Source of the DNA: Candidatus Geocrenenecus huangii
GTDB lineage: Archaea > Thermoproteota > Nitrososphaeria_A > Caldarchaeales > Wolframiiraptoraceae
Assembly (NCBI GenBank): GCA_023254095.1
Contig: JALNLM010000007.1
Coordinates: 23,591-87,590 of the forward strand
Length of the DNA: 64,000 nt
Direction: 5' to 3'
A model generated the notes under the pieces. The model was not told the origin of the DNA. It saw only the letters and a program-made list of their open reading frames with translations, and ran no database searches. Below are positions 19,524-29,717 of the stretch, piece after piece. The position numbers were made by a program, and so were the translations under genes. How positions within the stretch are numbered: the stretch's first letter is position 1; the number at the start of each line of letters is the position of its first letter.

Positions 19524-20714
19524 TTGGCTAAAGAGATCGAGAAAGTTGCAGTTATAGGAGCAGGGGTAATGGGGCATGGGATTTCACAGGTATTCGCTAT
19601 GAAAGGCTACAACGTGAATATCGTAGATGTAAGTGAAGAGATACTGAGGAAAGCTCTACAAAACATAGAGTGGAGTTTAAGTAAGTTCGCTGAGAAAAAG
19701 AGGATTAGGAAGGAAGATGTTGAAGCAGCTCTTTCAAGAATAAAGGCTACAACATCTTATGAAGAAGCGGTAAAAGATGTGGACTTTATGATAGAAGCCG
19801 TCTCAGAGAACATAGAGCTCAAGAAGAAGATCTTCAGCAGGGTTGACCAGCTTGCTCCCCCTCACGCTATACTAGCATCGAATACTTCTACGTTGAGTAT
19901 TAGCGAGATGGGTAGAGCGACTAGGAGGCCTGATAAGGTGGTCGGGATGCATTGGTTCAATCCACCTCAATTAATGCAGTTAATAGAGGTAATCAAGGGA
20001 GATGAAACGAGCGACGAGACCGTGGACAGTGTAGTAGAATTAAGTAAGAACCTCGGTAAAACACCTATATTATGCAGGAAAGACGTTAGAGGATTCATAG
20101 TTAACAGGATCCTCGGCTTAGTATTCAATGAGGCTTTCTGGACTTATTACAGAAGAGAGGCAACGATAGAGGGCGTAGATTCATCTGTAAAGTATGGTGG
20201 AGGTTTCCCGATGGGATGGTTCGAATTATGTGACTATGTTGGGCTAGATATCGCATATGAAGTAGGCAAAGTACTTTATGAGGCTTATGGGGAGAGATTC
20301 AAGCCTTGCCCAGAAGTTATAGAACCGCTTGTTAAGGAAAAGAAGCTTGGGCAGAAGGCGGGAATAGGCTTCTACGACTGGACTAAGGGGAGGCCTAGAA
20401 TACCCTTTGAACTATCAGATGAATACGATTATGAGAGGTCTTGGGCTGTAGCTGTGAATGAAGCTGCATGGATTATACACGATGATGTAGCAGATCCTGA
20501 AAGCATAGATACTGGCATGAAGCTTGGAACAGGATGGCCTCAGGGGCCATGTGAATACGCTGATAGGAAAGGATTAAACAACATTCTCAAAAAACTAAGA
20601 GAATTGTACGACAAGTATAAAATGGAGATGTACAATCCGTGCCCGCTCCTTGTTGATTACGTGAAGAATGGATGGATTGGTAGATCAGCTGGAAGAGGAT
20701 TCTACAAGTATTAG
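19524..20714 (+). CDS. 3-hydroxyacyl-CoA dehydrogenase with duplicated C-terminal domain
   Basis: GAGVMGHG, IEAVSE, SNTSTL, GMHWFNP, GFIVNR. Confidence 0.92.
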   Translation: MAKEIEKVAVIGAGVMGHGISQVFAMKGYNVNIVDVSEEILRKALQNIEWSLSKFAEKKRIRKEDVEAALSRIKATTSYEEAVKDVDFMIEAVSENIELKKKIFSRVDQLAPPHAILASNTSTLSISEMGRATRRPDKVVGMHWFNPPQLMQLIEVIKGDETSDETVDSVVELSKNLGKTPILCRKDVRGFIVNRILGLVFNEAFWTYYRREATIEGVDSSVKYGGGFPMGWFELCDYVGLDIAYEVGKVLYEAYGERFKPCPEVIEPLVKEKKLGQKAGIGFYDWTKGRPRIPFELSDEYDYERSWAVAVNEAAWIIHDDVADPESIDTGMKLGTGWPQGPCEYADRKGLNNILKKLRELYDKYKMEMYNPCPLLVDYVKNGWIGRSAGRGFYKY

Positions 20715-20882
20715 CGAATTACCCCCTCATTTTATTTAAACCTCTGCATGTTTTTCTGAGACTTCACGTGTAGATGAGCGAGTCTTTGCATCTCCACAAG
20801 AGAGCCGAAAATCACAACTAAGCACGGATTTTAAGAATCACGCGGTATCATACATTTCGTTGAAGCGTATGTTTGTCTCTAG

Positions 20883-21863
20883 TCAGGATCCCTTCTTTTT
20901 CACCTCCTTTATTTTTCCTATAAGTAGGGGTACTATCTTGAATAGGTCTTCAACTACCCCATAGTGTGCTACGTTGAAGATTGGTGCATTCGGGTCCTTA
21001 TTTATAGCTATTATCAACTGTGAATTTTTCATACCTATTATATGTTGGAAGGCCCCGCTAATCCCCATCGCGAGATATAGCTTAGGTTTAACAGTCTTTC
21101 CAGATGAGCCGACTTGCCTCTCTGGTGGAAGCCATCCCTTATCCACAATGGGTCGAGAGCACGCTAGTACCCCTCCTAGAGTTTTGGCCAGTTCTTCAGC
21201 GATAGAGATGTTTGATTGGTCTTTAATCCCCCTACCAATTGCTACGAGTATGTCTGCAGACGATATGTCTACCTCACCGATTTTCGGAAGAACATAATCT
21301 ATGAATCTTTTCTTGACAGTCTCAGCTATGCTTGGTGGAGGTAGCTCAACTACTTCTCCTTTAAGGTTTTCTTCACGAGCTGTGATTACTCCTTGCCTAA
21401 TAGTCGCAATATAGCCTTCGGATTTTTTCAGATGAACTCTAGCGTTTATCTTTCCGCCATACATTTGGCGGACTGCGGTAAGCCTACCATCCAAGAGATC
21501 CACATCTAAGCAATCTGTTACAAGAGGTGTGTTCAAGGATACAGCAAGACTCGGAGCAAGATCGACCCCATAGGATGTATGACCGATCAATGTTAAGATA
21601 GGCTTCATCTCTCTAATAATTTTAGATAATGCCTGTTGATAGAGGTCAGAGTTGAAGAACTCGAATCTATCGTCATCTATGACTAAAACTCTATCAGCGT
21701 ATCTGGCTAAGATCTCCGCTGACTTTCTTATATTCTTCCCTAGAATGATTGTAGATAATCTCGAACCGTTTTTCTCAACTATCTCCCTCCCCTTAGTTAG
21801 CATCTCGAAGGTTATCTCTCTTATCTCTCCTCTTCTATGTTCTGCTAATACGAAGATATCCAT
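20883..21863 (-). CDS. etfA: Electron transfer flavoprotein alpha subunit
   Basis: GRG, CSRPIVD, QVGSSGKTV, GISGAFQH, INKDPNAPIF. Confidence 0.94.
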   Translation of the reverse strand: MDIFVLAEHRRGEIREITFEMLTKGREIVEKNGSRLSTIILGKNIRKSAEILARYADRVLVIDDDRFEFFNSDLYQQALSKIIREMKPILTLIGHTSYGVDLAPSLAVSLNTPLVTDCLDVDLLDGRLTAVRQMYGGKINARVHLKKSEGYIATIRQGVITAREENLKGEVVELPPPSIAETVKKRFIDYVLPKIGEVDISSADILVAIGRGIKDQSNISIAEELAKTLGGVLACSRPIVDKGWLPPERQVGSSGKTVKPKLYLAMGISGAFQHIIGMKNSQLIIAINKDPNAPIFNVAHYGVVEDLFKIVPLLIGKIKEVKKKGS

Positions 21864-21865
21864 GG

Positions 21866-22654
21866 CTAGATCAGCCCCCTTGACTTGATGATCTCGATGA
21901 TCTTGGAAACGATTTCTTCGGGAGAACCCGTAATGAATTCTGCTTTCCTTTCTACCGGTGGGATGCTCAATTCAGATATATGTATCCAAGAATTTTCAAT
22001 TCCCACATCCAAATCGCTTAAACCTAGATCATCTATAGAGTATACTTTGATTTCTTTCTTCATAGCCTTCTTGATCCCCATGATTGATACGTATCTTGGC
22101 TCGTTGATACCTGTCTGAATTGTTATAAGAGCAGGAAGCTCGACCTCGACTACTTCTTCCAGTCCTCCTTCTAGTTCTCTATTAACGAGAGCGTGTTTGT
22201 CTTTAAACCCAATCTTTTTAGCAAGGGTTACATGTGGTATATCTAGGAGCTCTGCTAGGGCTGGACCGATAAACGAGTATTCATCATCACTTGATTGAGC
22301 TCCCGTTAAAACGAGGTCGAAAGATATCTGTTTTATGGCTCTTGAGAGGATCTTGGCTACTATGAACGGGTCTGAGTAGTTTATTCTTTTATCCGTTATT
22401 CTTATAGCTTTGTCTGCTCCTTTAGCTAAACATTTTCTAAGTGTACTATCTACTCCTTCATCTCCAACAGTTACCACTGTTACATTTCCTCCATTTCTCT
22501 CTTTAATTCTTATAGCTTCTTCAACAGCATAATCATCCCATTCATTTATATCGAATACTAGACCACTCTTTTCAATATTTTTTCCACTTTTATCAATTTT
22601 TAACTCGACTTCGGTTGTTTCAGGAACATGTTTAACACATACAACGATCTCCAT
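21866..22654 (-). CDS. etfB: Electron transfer flavoprotein beta subunit
   Basis: IVVCVKHVP, D.YAVEEA, GAQSSD, INEPRY; start at 22654 preferred. Confidence 0.93.
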   Translation of the reverse strand: MEIVVCVKHVPETTEVELKIDKSGKNIEKSGLVFDINEWDDYAVEEAIRIKERNGGNVTVVTVGDEGVDSTLRKCLAKGADKAIRITDKRINYSDPFIVAKILSRAIKQISFDLVLTGAQSSDDEYSFIGPALAELLDIPHVTLAKKIGFKDKHALVNRELEGGLEEVVEVELPALITIQTGINEPRYVSIMGIKKAMKKEIKVYSIDDLGLSDLDVGIENSWIHISELSIPPVERKAEFITGSPEEIVSKIIEIIKSRGLI

Positions 22655-22783
22655 AGAAGGATCCCTCCCTACAGATGTTTTACATAAAGTATTGTTCGAG
22701 TACATGATATAAGTTTTCAATATGTTCAGATGAATGGAAGTACATATCGGTAAATATTATTAACTCTCTACTCAAAAGAAATA

Positions 22784-23713
22784 GTGAAGAATGAGGTGGC
22801 TACAACTCTGGGAACGGTAGACTTCCATGTCCATCCTATTCCAAGATTAATAAATGAAAAAGAGTTATCGAGAGAAATCGACAGGTCGAAAATAGATGTA
22901 GCCGTTCTATTAGCTCTGGATGTTGATTCGAGTTATCTTGAAGATAAGCATATCTCGAGTAGGATCCTCCAAGAATGTATATGGGCTAGCAACTTGAATT
23001 GTCTAGGTTGCCTAGAAAACGTTAAAGAAATTCTTCGAACATCTTATACGAGCAATGAATATGTTGCAAAGCTAGCCAAGAATAATCCGAGCAAGTTTAT
23101 CGGAGTAGGATCCGTAAACCCCTCTAAAAGCATCTCATATGTAAAAGATAAGTTGAAAGAAGTTAAGAACCTTGATTTAGCGGGTGTTAAGCTTATTCCG
23201 ACACTCCAATTCTTTAATCCATTAAAAGAAAAAGATAAGCTTCAGAAGATCTTCGAATTCTGTGAAGATGAAGAAAAGATAATTATCTTCCATACAGGAT
23301 GCGACCCATCAATATGGGAAGAGCCTGCTTTCTCTCAAAACGCTAATCCAGCGGTCCTCGAACATTATGTTAGAAAATTTAAGAATGTCCCGATCGTGCT
23401 GGCCCATATAGGTTCGTATAGTCGAAAATATCCAGGAATCTGGCTTGAAGAAGCTCTCCAGTTAGGAAAAAAATACAATAATGTCTGGTTCGATATCTCA
23501 GCTGTTCCATATCTATTAGTAGATAGAAAGTATGTTGAGAAAATATCTAGAGAGGTGGGTTGGGATAGAATATTATTCGGGTCGGATTACCCAGTAGTCT
23601 GGGGCTCAAATATATCTACTGTGGTAGATTTTATCCAGGTCGGTACCCCACTCTCAGAGAATGATTTAGAAAAGGTGATGTATTTGAACGCTTTGAAGCT
23701 TCTAGGGTTATGA
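22784..23713 (+). CDS. Amidohydrolase 2 family metal-dependent hydrolase
   Basis: DFHVH, FHTG, LAHIG, LFGSDYP. Confidence 0.85.
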   Translation: MKNEVATTLGTVDFHVHPIPRLINEKELSREIDRSKIDVAVLLALDVDSSYLEDKHISSRILQECIWASNLNCLGCLENVKEILRTSYTSNEYVAKLAKNNPSKFIGVGSVNPSKSISYVKDKLKEVKNLDLAGVKLIPTLQFFNPLKEKDKLQKIFEFCEDEEKIIIFHTGCDPSIWEEPAFSQNANPAVLEHYVRKFKNVPIVLAHIGSYSRKYPGIWLEEALQLGKKYNNVWFDISAVPYLLVDRKYVEKISREVGWDRILFGSDYPVVWGSNISTVVDFIQVGTPLSENDLEKVMYLNALKLLGL

Positions 23714-23719
23714 TGTAGT

Positions 23720-25426
23720 TTAAGCCTTCCGCATTTCTTCTTCTCTTAAGACTCTCCTCAAGACCTTTCCAACCATACTCATGGGCAGATCTTTTCTAAA
23801 TTCTACTTCTCTTAGATGCTTATATGGTGCAACACGTTCATTCACGAACTTCATTATTTCTTCTTCAGTGGCCGTAGCTCCATCCCTTAATACTATGAAG
23901 GCTTTCGGTATCTCGCCTGAGACAGGGTCAGGTTTACCTACTACGGCCGCAAGCTTTACAGCTGGATGCTCATACAGTATATCTTCAAGCTCTCTCGGAT
24001 ACACACTATAGCCTTTATACTTTATTAAATCCTTCTTCCTATCCGTGATGTAGAAGTATCCATCTTCATCCATCCTCCCTATATCTCCAGTGTACAACCA
24101 TCCATTCCTTAAAACCTCCTTGGTTTCTTCAGGTCTCTTCCAGTATCCTTTCATTACTTGTGGTCCTTTAACTACTAGTTCTCCAACTTCTCCTACAGGC
24201 ATTTCTTTTGTGCCTGTCTCTACATCAACTATCCTAGCATCAGTATCAGGCCATGGGATGCCTATACTACCTATTTTTACAGTTTTCATGGTTGGGTCTA
24301 GAGGATTGCAATGGGTTACAGGGGAGGCTTCTGTTAATCCGTATCCTTCAACTAGTACCGCTCCAGTCATCTCCATAAACTTCTTCTGGACCTCTGGGGG
24401 GAGGGGGGCGGCGCCAGAGATACAGAACTTCACAGATCTGAGATTATATTTTTTCGCTTCTGGATGATCGACTATTAAAGCATACATAGTTGGGACTCCT
24501 GGGAATAGTGTTATGTTGTATTCTTGTATCGACTTTAGTACTTCGACTACATCGAATCTTGGAAGGAGAACCATTGTTGCTCCTGCATATATTGTAAAGT
24601 TCATAGCCACAGTCATACCGTAGATGTGGAAGAAGGGGAGAACCGATAAGCCTGTATCCTCACCTCTCTTCGCCTTCAGCCATGCAGAACAACCAATAGC
24701 GTTAGATACAAGATTCATATGGGTCAACATAGCTCCCTTCGGTAGACCAGTCGTTCCACCAGTATACTGTAGTACAGCCAAGTCTTCTTCAGGATTGATC
24801 TCGACGCTCGGTGGATTCTCAGGAGTCTTCTCGGTTAATTCTTTAAAGAAATATACATTCGGTTGAACGGGGATTTTAGCTGTAGGTATCTTCTTTAAGA
24901 GCTTACCGAGGAAAGCTTTCAAACTCGGCATATACTCTTCGAGCCTAGCTACTATCGCAAACTTTACCTGCGTCTTATCCCAGATTCTCTGAAATCTCGT
25001 GAATAACGCATCGAGCAGTACAACGGCTTTAGCATCAGAATCTATGAGCTGGAATTCTAATTCTCTTTCTACAAACAAGGGGCTTATACCTGTAACTACC
25101 GCGCCAATCTTTAGTGCTCCATAATATGCAATTACGAATTGAGGCACATTAGGTAGATATAAACCTACTACATCGCCCTTCCTTATACCCAGGTTATACA
25201 ACGCAGTTGCAAATCTACTAACTAAACTATTCAACTCTCTATACGTTATCTTTTTACCTAGAAAAATTATCGCAGGTCTATCTGGAAAATCTTGAGCGCT
25301 TTTCTCTAAGAGGACATGAAGAGGCACTTTTGGATAATCTAAACTTTTCGGTACCCCCTCAGGCCAATTCTTAAACCAAGGCTTTTCAGGAATCCTTGAT
25401 CCACTCTTCAAGACAAATTTCACCAA
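23720..25426 (-). CDS. Long-chain fatty acid-CoA ligase (FadD-like)
   Basis: YTGGTTGLPKG, EGYGLTEASP, TGD, DRKKDLI, GKVLR. Confidence 0.93.
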   Translation of the reverse strand: MVKFVLKSGSRIPEKPWFKNWPEGVPKSLDYPKVPLHVLLEKSAQDFPDRPAIIFLGKKITYRELNSLVSRFATALYNLGIRKGDVVGLYLPNVPQFVIAYYGALKIGAVVTGISPLFVERELEFQLIDSDAKAVVLLDALFTRFQRIWDKTQVKFAIVARLEEYMPSLKAFLGKLLKKIPTAKIPVQPNVYFFKELTEKTPENPPSVEINPEEDLAVLQYTGGTTGLPKGAMLTHMNLVSNAIGCSAWLKAKRGEDTGLSVLPFFHIYGMTVAMNFTIYAGATMVLLPRFDVVEVLKSIQEYNITLFPGVPTMYALIVDHPEAKKYNLRSVKFCISGAAPLPPEVQKKFMEMTGAVLVEGYGLTEASPVTHCNPLDPTMKTVKIGSIGIPWPDTDARIVDVETGTKEMPVGEVGELVVKGPQVMKGYWKRPEETKEVLRNGWLYTGDIGRMDEDGYFYITDRKKDLIKYKGYSVYPRELEDILYEHPAVKLAAVVGKPDPVSGEIPKAFIVLRDGATATEEEIMKFVNERVAPYKHLREVEFRKDLPMSMVGKVLRRVLREEEMRKA

Positions 25427-25583
25427 TTGGTTTATATTCGTTAAGAGGGGATAAAAATCTTTACAATATATATGCTTAAGCTAGTTACCCATATATACAT
25501 CTCGATGTTTTTCTAAAGCCTAACAAAAAGGTCATCTTTATGAAGAATGAAGGAATATATTTAGAGAATGTCCCCATTTTGGA

Positions 25584-27668
25584 GTGATGGACTATCATTT
25601 TATGTTCTTTTTAATTTACCGGCTATCTTGTAAGTGTTTTCTAAAGATCTCAATTATAGATGATACGCGAGGTCTAATCCCATACAGGGAGAACTATGCA
25701 TTGCTCCCTCCAGGAACAAGCTTAATAATGTACTTCGTCCTGATACCGTTTGCTATAGTTTTCTTATATGGTCTATATCTTAGATTGCGGGCTTACGGGT
25801 TTGAAGCTCTACGTAGCCTATTCAAGAATTTCAGAAACTGGTTTAAACAATCATTGAGGTACGTTATTCTACAGAAGAAGATAATTCAAGAAAAGATTCC
25901 GGGGGTAATGCATTTAGCGGTAAGCTATGGGATACTCTTCCTATTCATCGGGACTCTTCTAGTATTCATAGATAGCGACTTCCTAGAATTCTTTAATCAG
26001 AAACTACTTAAAGGAAGCTTCTACCTTATCTTCGAATCCACCCTCGAAGTAGCAGGGCTCTTCCTAATCCTCGGTATAATAATACAGCTTACTAGAAGAC
26101 ATATTGGAGTCAAGAGACTTAGACCTAAAGTAAAGTACTACATCTATCTGTGGGGCTTACTGTTTATAGGTATCTCGGGATTCCTACTTGAAGCTATCCG
26201 GATAATAGTAACCCAGACAACGTGGGCTGGTTACTCATTCATAGGCAACATGATCTCGATCATGATATCCTCCTCAAAGCTGCCAATGGAAACTCTCAAG
26301 AATCTCTATACAGTTTTATGGTGGTCTCATGCTATTACTGCTTTCGGATTAGTTGCGGCACTACCATATTCTAACCTCCGCCACATATTTCAATCTCCAA
26401 TATACTCTGGATTAACATACTATGCACCACGTCTTCCACATCTATCGAAGACACCTTTTAAGCTAGGCGAGGTAGACATCATGACTATTGAAGAACTAAA
26501 AGTCGGGTTTAGGAAGATAGATGACCTCGATTGGCTTCAGAAGATGGGGCTTGATGTATGTACAGATTGTGGAAGATGCGAAGCGATATGTCCAGCATAT
26601 TCTTCTGGAACCCCGTTATCCCCAAGAAGGCTTGTCCAGAAGCTTGCAGAGATTATGTGGAAGTATAAGCAAGGTACGAGTAGAGACCTGATAGAATCTA
26701 AAGATATAGATTACGGCGAAGTCTATGCGTGTACGACATGTGGAGGATGCGTTGAAAAATGTCCAGTAATGATAAGTCCGCTCGAGTATATCATGGAAGC
26801 GAGAAGAGCATTCATACTAGAAGGCAGAATGGAAAAGAAAGTTATCGAAACCTTGAATAACTTATCTAGAGTTGAAAATCCTTATGGTTTACCGAGGTCT
26901 GAGAAAGAAGCACTAGTGAGAGAACTGAGAAGCCTTGGAGCCAAGACTATCGAAGAGCACTTAAACCCCGAGTACATTTACTGGATAGGATGTCTAGCAA
27001 CATATGATCCGAGAATTAGGAATATTGCAAAGAAAATGGTTGAGATCTTAAGTAATGCAGGTGTAGACTTCTCCATACTAGGCTTGTTGGAGAGATGCAC
27101 AGGTGAGCCTGCTAGAAGGATAGGGGAAGAAGGATTGTTCCAAGAACTAGCCTACAAGAATATCGAGACTCTAAAAAAGGTTAAGGCTAAGAAGATAATA
27201 GTCCACTGCCCCCACTGTTACCAAATGTTTAAGAATGAATATAGAGAGTTCGGGCTAGAAGTAGAAGTGATACATCATTCGACAATGCTTAGAGACCTCT
27301 TAGCGGAGGGCAAGATAAAACCAAGAATAGACAATGGAATAATAATAACGTTTCATGATTCATGTTATATCGCCCGTTTCAACGATATTGTGGAGGAGCC
27401 TAGAGAATTATTAAAAAATCTAAGATTTAGGGAAATGGAGAGAAGCCGCAAAGATACTTTCTGCTGTGGGGCAGGTGGTGGAAATTATTGGGGTGAGGTT
27501 AAAAGAGTGAAGAGGGAAAGTCTACAAAGATTGGAGGAAGCTTTGAAGATAGATGTTGAAGCCATAATCGTGGAATGCCCATACTGTCTAGCTATGCTTG
27601 AAGACGCTGTAAGGGTTTTGGGGCTAGAAGGAAAAATAAAGATACTAGACTTATCGGAGATCTTCTAA
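25584..27668 (+). CDS. FadF/EMO-like membrane Fe-S oxidoreductase (NarI-like TM domain, 2x4Fe-4S, CCG domains)
   Basis: About 6 TM helices with His residues, CTDCGRCEAICP, CTTCGGCVEKCP, CPHC, CCGAGGG, CPYC; true start uncertain. Confidence 0.85.
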   Translation: MMDYHFMFFLIYRLSCKCFLKISIIDDTRGLIPYRENYALLPPGTSLIMYFVLIPFAIVFLYGLYLRLRAYGFEALRSLFKNFRNWFKQSLRYVILQKKIIQEKIPGVMHLAVSYGILFLFIGTLLVFIDSDFLEFFNQKLLKGSFYLIFESTLEVAGLFLILGIIIQLTRRHIGVKRLRPKVKYYIYLWGLLFIGISGFLLEAIRIIVTQTTWAGYSFIGNMISIMISSSKLPMETLKNLYTVLWWSHAITAFGLVAALPYSNLRHIFQSPIYSGLTYYAPRLPHLSKTPFKLGEVDIMTIEELKVGFRKIDDLDWLQKMGLDVCTDCGRCEAICPAYSSGTPLSPRRLVQKLAEIMWKYKQGTSRDLIESKDIDYGEVYACTTCGGCVEKCPVMISPLEYIMEARRAFILEGRMEKKVIETLNNLSRVENPYGLPRSEKEALVRELRSLGAKTIEEHLNPEYIYWIGCLATYDPRIRNIAKKMVEILSNAGVDFSILGLLERCTGEPARRIGEEGLFQELAYKNIETLKKVKAKKIIVHCPHCYQMFKNEYREFGLEVEVIHHSTMLRDLLAEGKIKPRIDNGIIITFHDSCYIARFNDIVEEPRELLKNLRFREMERSRKDTFCCGAGGGNYWGEVKRVKRESLQRLEEALKIDVEAIIVECPYCLAMLEDAVRVLGLEGKIKILDLSEIF

Positions 27669-27734
27669 TTCAACCTACAATCATATACGAAAACATGCAT
27701 GAACAGGTACCCTACTCGTAATCATATAGTGATT

Positions 27735-28703
27735 CTATCTCGTTAATGGAATCCATGAAAGTTCGGCTAGGTCATACTGCATTTTAGCGATCATTAAGAC
27801 TTGTTCGTATACGCCTAACTCCCTAGAAGTCAAACGACTAAGTGTTAACTCTAACTTGATCTTGTTTATTCTCTCCAGTAGAGCATATAATAGTTCTGTT
27901 TCATTATTGAAGAAAACTCGGTAGACATCATCGTGATTATCTTTTAAGAGTTCCTTGGAAACAACTAGTTTTTCTAAAAACAGTTTATCGAATGCTTTAA
28001 GTATCCCTTGTTGAGTAGCTGAAGCTATATCTAAAGCTCTATCGTTGATGTTCTCTAAGAGGTAGGCTGCCACACGGAAGTCGAGTAGGTTGATATTCGA
28101 TAAGTTTAATCTCGTCTGCAAGGCCGGGTCTTCTGCGCAGCTTCTAAGCATCCTAACCATGTAGAAATATAGTCTGTCTATCTCATCATCTTTTAAGATA
28201 ACTCTATTAGCTAGTTCTATGTCTTCCTCCAGGATAGATGTTATTGATTCTTCGATCGATTCCCTTGTTATCTGCCACATTCTCTTGAGTATGTCTATTG
28301 GCTGCAATTCTAATGGATCGATTAACGTCTTCAAGACTACCCTGTTGTTGCTGTATTCTACTATCTCCAACCCCATCAACTTATTCTTGATCTTCGAGAA
28401 TTCGATATCGAATAAGTCTTTAACAGTCTTGGGAATATCAACTACGATGTTGTTGTATCCTAATAGGTATGCCGCGATAATATGATCTATTACATGACGT
28501 ATTTCATCATGGTAAGTTAGACGGGTTGTCTTATCAAGTTTCTCTACAGTTAAAGTCTTTACGATTATAGCATCTTTCGTAACCAAGAGTTCCACATTAT
28601 CTCCTGGTTTAAGCTTCATACCTTCTATCCACTCTTTCGGTAAACTTATAACGACTGAGCCTCCACTCTTCATTAAAGTCCTAACTTCTTTAACCCTCAT
28701 CAA
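27735..28703 (-). CDS. Archaeal PhoU family regulator with N-terminal AbrB domain
   Basis: GGSVVISLPKEW, AAYLLGY, DDEIDRLY, LENIND. Confidence 0.85.
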   Translation of the reverse strand: MMRVKEVRTLMKSGGSVVISLPKEWIEGMKLKPGDNVELLVTKDAIIVKTLTVEKLDKTTRLTYHDEIRHVIDHIIAAYLLGYNNIVVDIPKTVKDLFDIEFSKIKNKLMGLEIVEYSNNRVVLKTLIDPLELQPIDILKRMWQITRESIEESITSILEEDIELANRVILKDDEIDRLYFYMVRMLRSCAEDPALQTRLNLSNINLLDFRVAAYLLENINDRALDIASATQQGILKAFDKLFLEKLVVSKELLKDNHDDVYRVFFNNETELLYALLERINKIKLELTLSRLTSRELGVYEQVLMIAKMQYDLAELSWIPLTR

Positions 28704-28960
28704 AATATTCTAGTCAATACATATTAATATGGATTTAGAGTGTAAAATAGATTGATAAACACCTATGGATTATTCTTAATTGAATCGCTTGTTGATAGAA
28801 GATAGTAATTACTACTTTTTACCTCCCTTTAACATGACCGATAGGAGAATGTAGTAGAGAGCACGTCATTGAGAAGTATCGTTTGATACTGACGCGTACT
28901 GATTTTCAGTATGGAATATTGATATAATTTGCTTCTGGGATATTCTGTTAGAAAAAGAAG

Positions 28961-29707
28961 ATGAATAGTAGGTGGAAGAAGAGAAGCGTGGAAGTTGCTC
29001 TCATATCTTGTAATGGAGCCTTGTACGCAGCGGTTGGTATAGCGACGTATCTTGGTCTATTCGCTCCTGTTTTCGGAACCGTTAGATTTTGGCCATCCGT
29101 AGTTATTCCAGCTACATTCTCGATTCTTTTCTCACCGTGGATAGGAGCGGTTGGAGCTGCTATAGGAATATTCATCAGTGATATGGTAGTTCATGGAAAC
29201 CCTATTCTAAGTATTACGGTTGGAGTTACATCAAACTTTATAGGATTCTACCTGATAGGCGTACTTGCTCGCGGTAAACTAAGTAACTTAAAGAAGATAT
29301 TCTCCGTAGGTGTACAAGTTATACCTTTGTTGGCTGCGATACTTCTCTTTCTGTCAGGTGCCTTAGATGAAATAACTTCATACACTTTCTTAATCGTCAC
29401 ATTAATCGTCTTAGGGATAAGCATAGCAATAGCACAATTCAAACCAAGCTATTCTAAGATAATCTACTCATCATCTATAGGCTTGATGGCCGGAAGCGCT
29501 ATAATCGGAGTAGGGTTATGGGGTTATAGCCAGTTTGCCCTACTTCCCATAGGTGTCTCGAATGCGCCGATAATAGCTTCACTAGTATGGTTTCTATGGA
29601 CTTATCTAACAGAGATACCCTTCCTAGTATTCCTGCTACCGCCTATAGTGTATGCTGTAGTCAAAGCCATGCCTGAAAAAGTAGAAGCAGAAATCCTGTC
29701 GAGGTGA
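28961..29707 (+). CDS. ECF transporter S-component
   Basis: Multi-TM protein; ALYAAV, VRFWP.VVIPA, GAVGAAIG.FISD. Confidence 0.7.
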   Translation: MNSRWKKRSVEVALISCNGALYAAVGIATYLGLFAPVFGTVRFWPSVVIPATFSILFSPWIGAVGAAIGIFISDMVVHGNPILSITVGVTSNFIGFYLIGVLARGKLSNLKKIFSVGVQVIPLLAAILLFLSGALDEITSYTFLIVTLIVLGISIAIAQFKPSYSKIIYSSSIGLMAGSAIIGVGLWGYSQFALLPIGVSNAPIIASLVWFLWTYLTEIPFLVFLLPPIVYAVVKAMPEKVEAEILSR

Positions 29708-29717
29708 AGAACACACG

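Noticed and set aside
25584-25680. Frameshift or non-canonical start at the 5' end of the FadF-like gene
   Set aside because: The first ~30 codons look non-coding, but the true start cannot be determined without homologue alignment, and the frame is open
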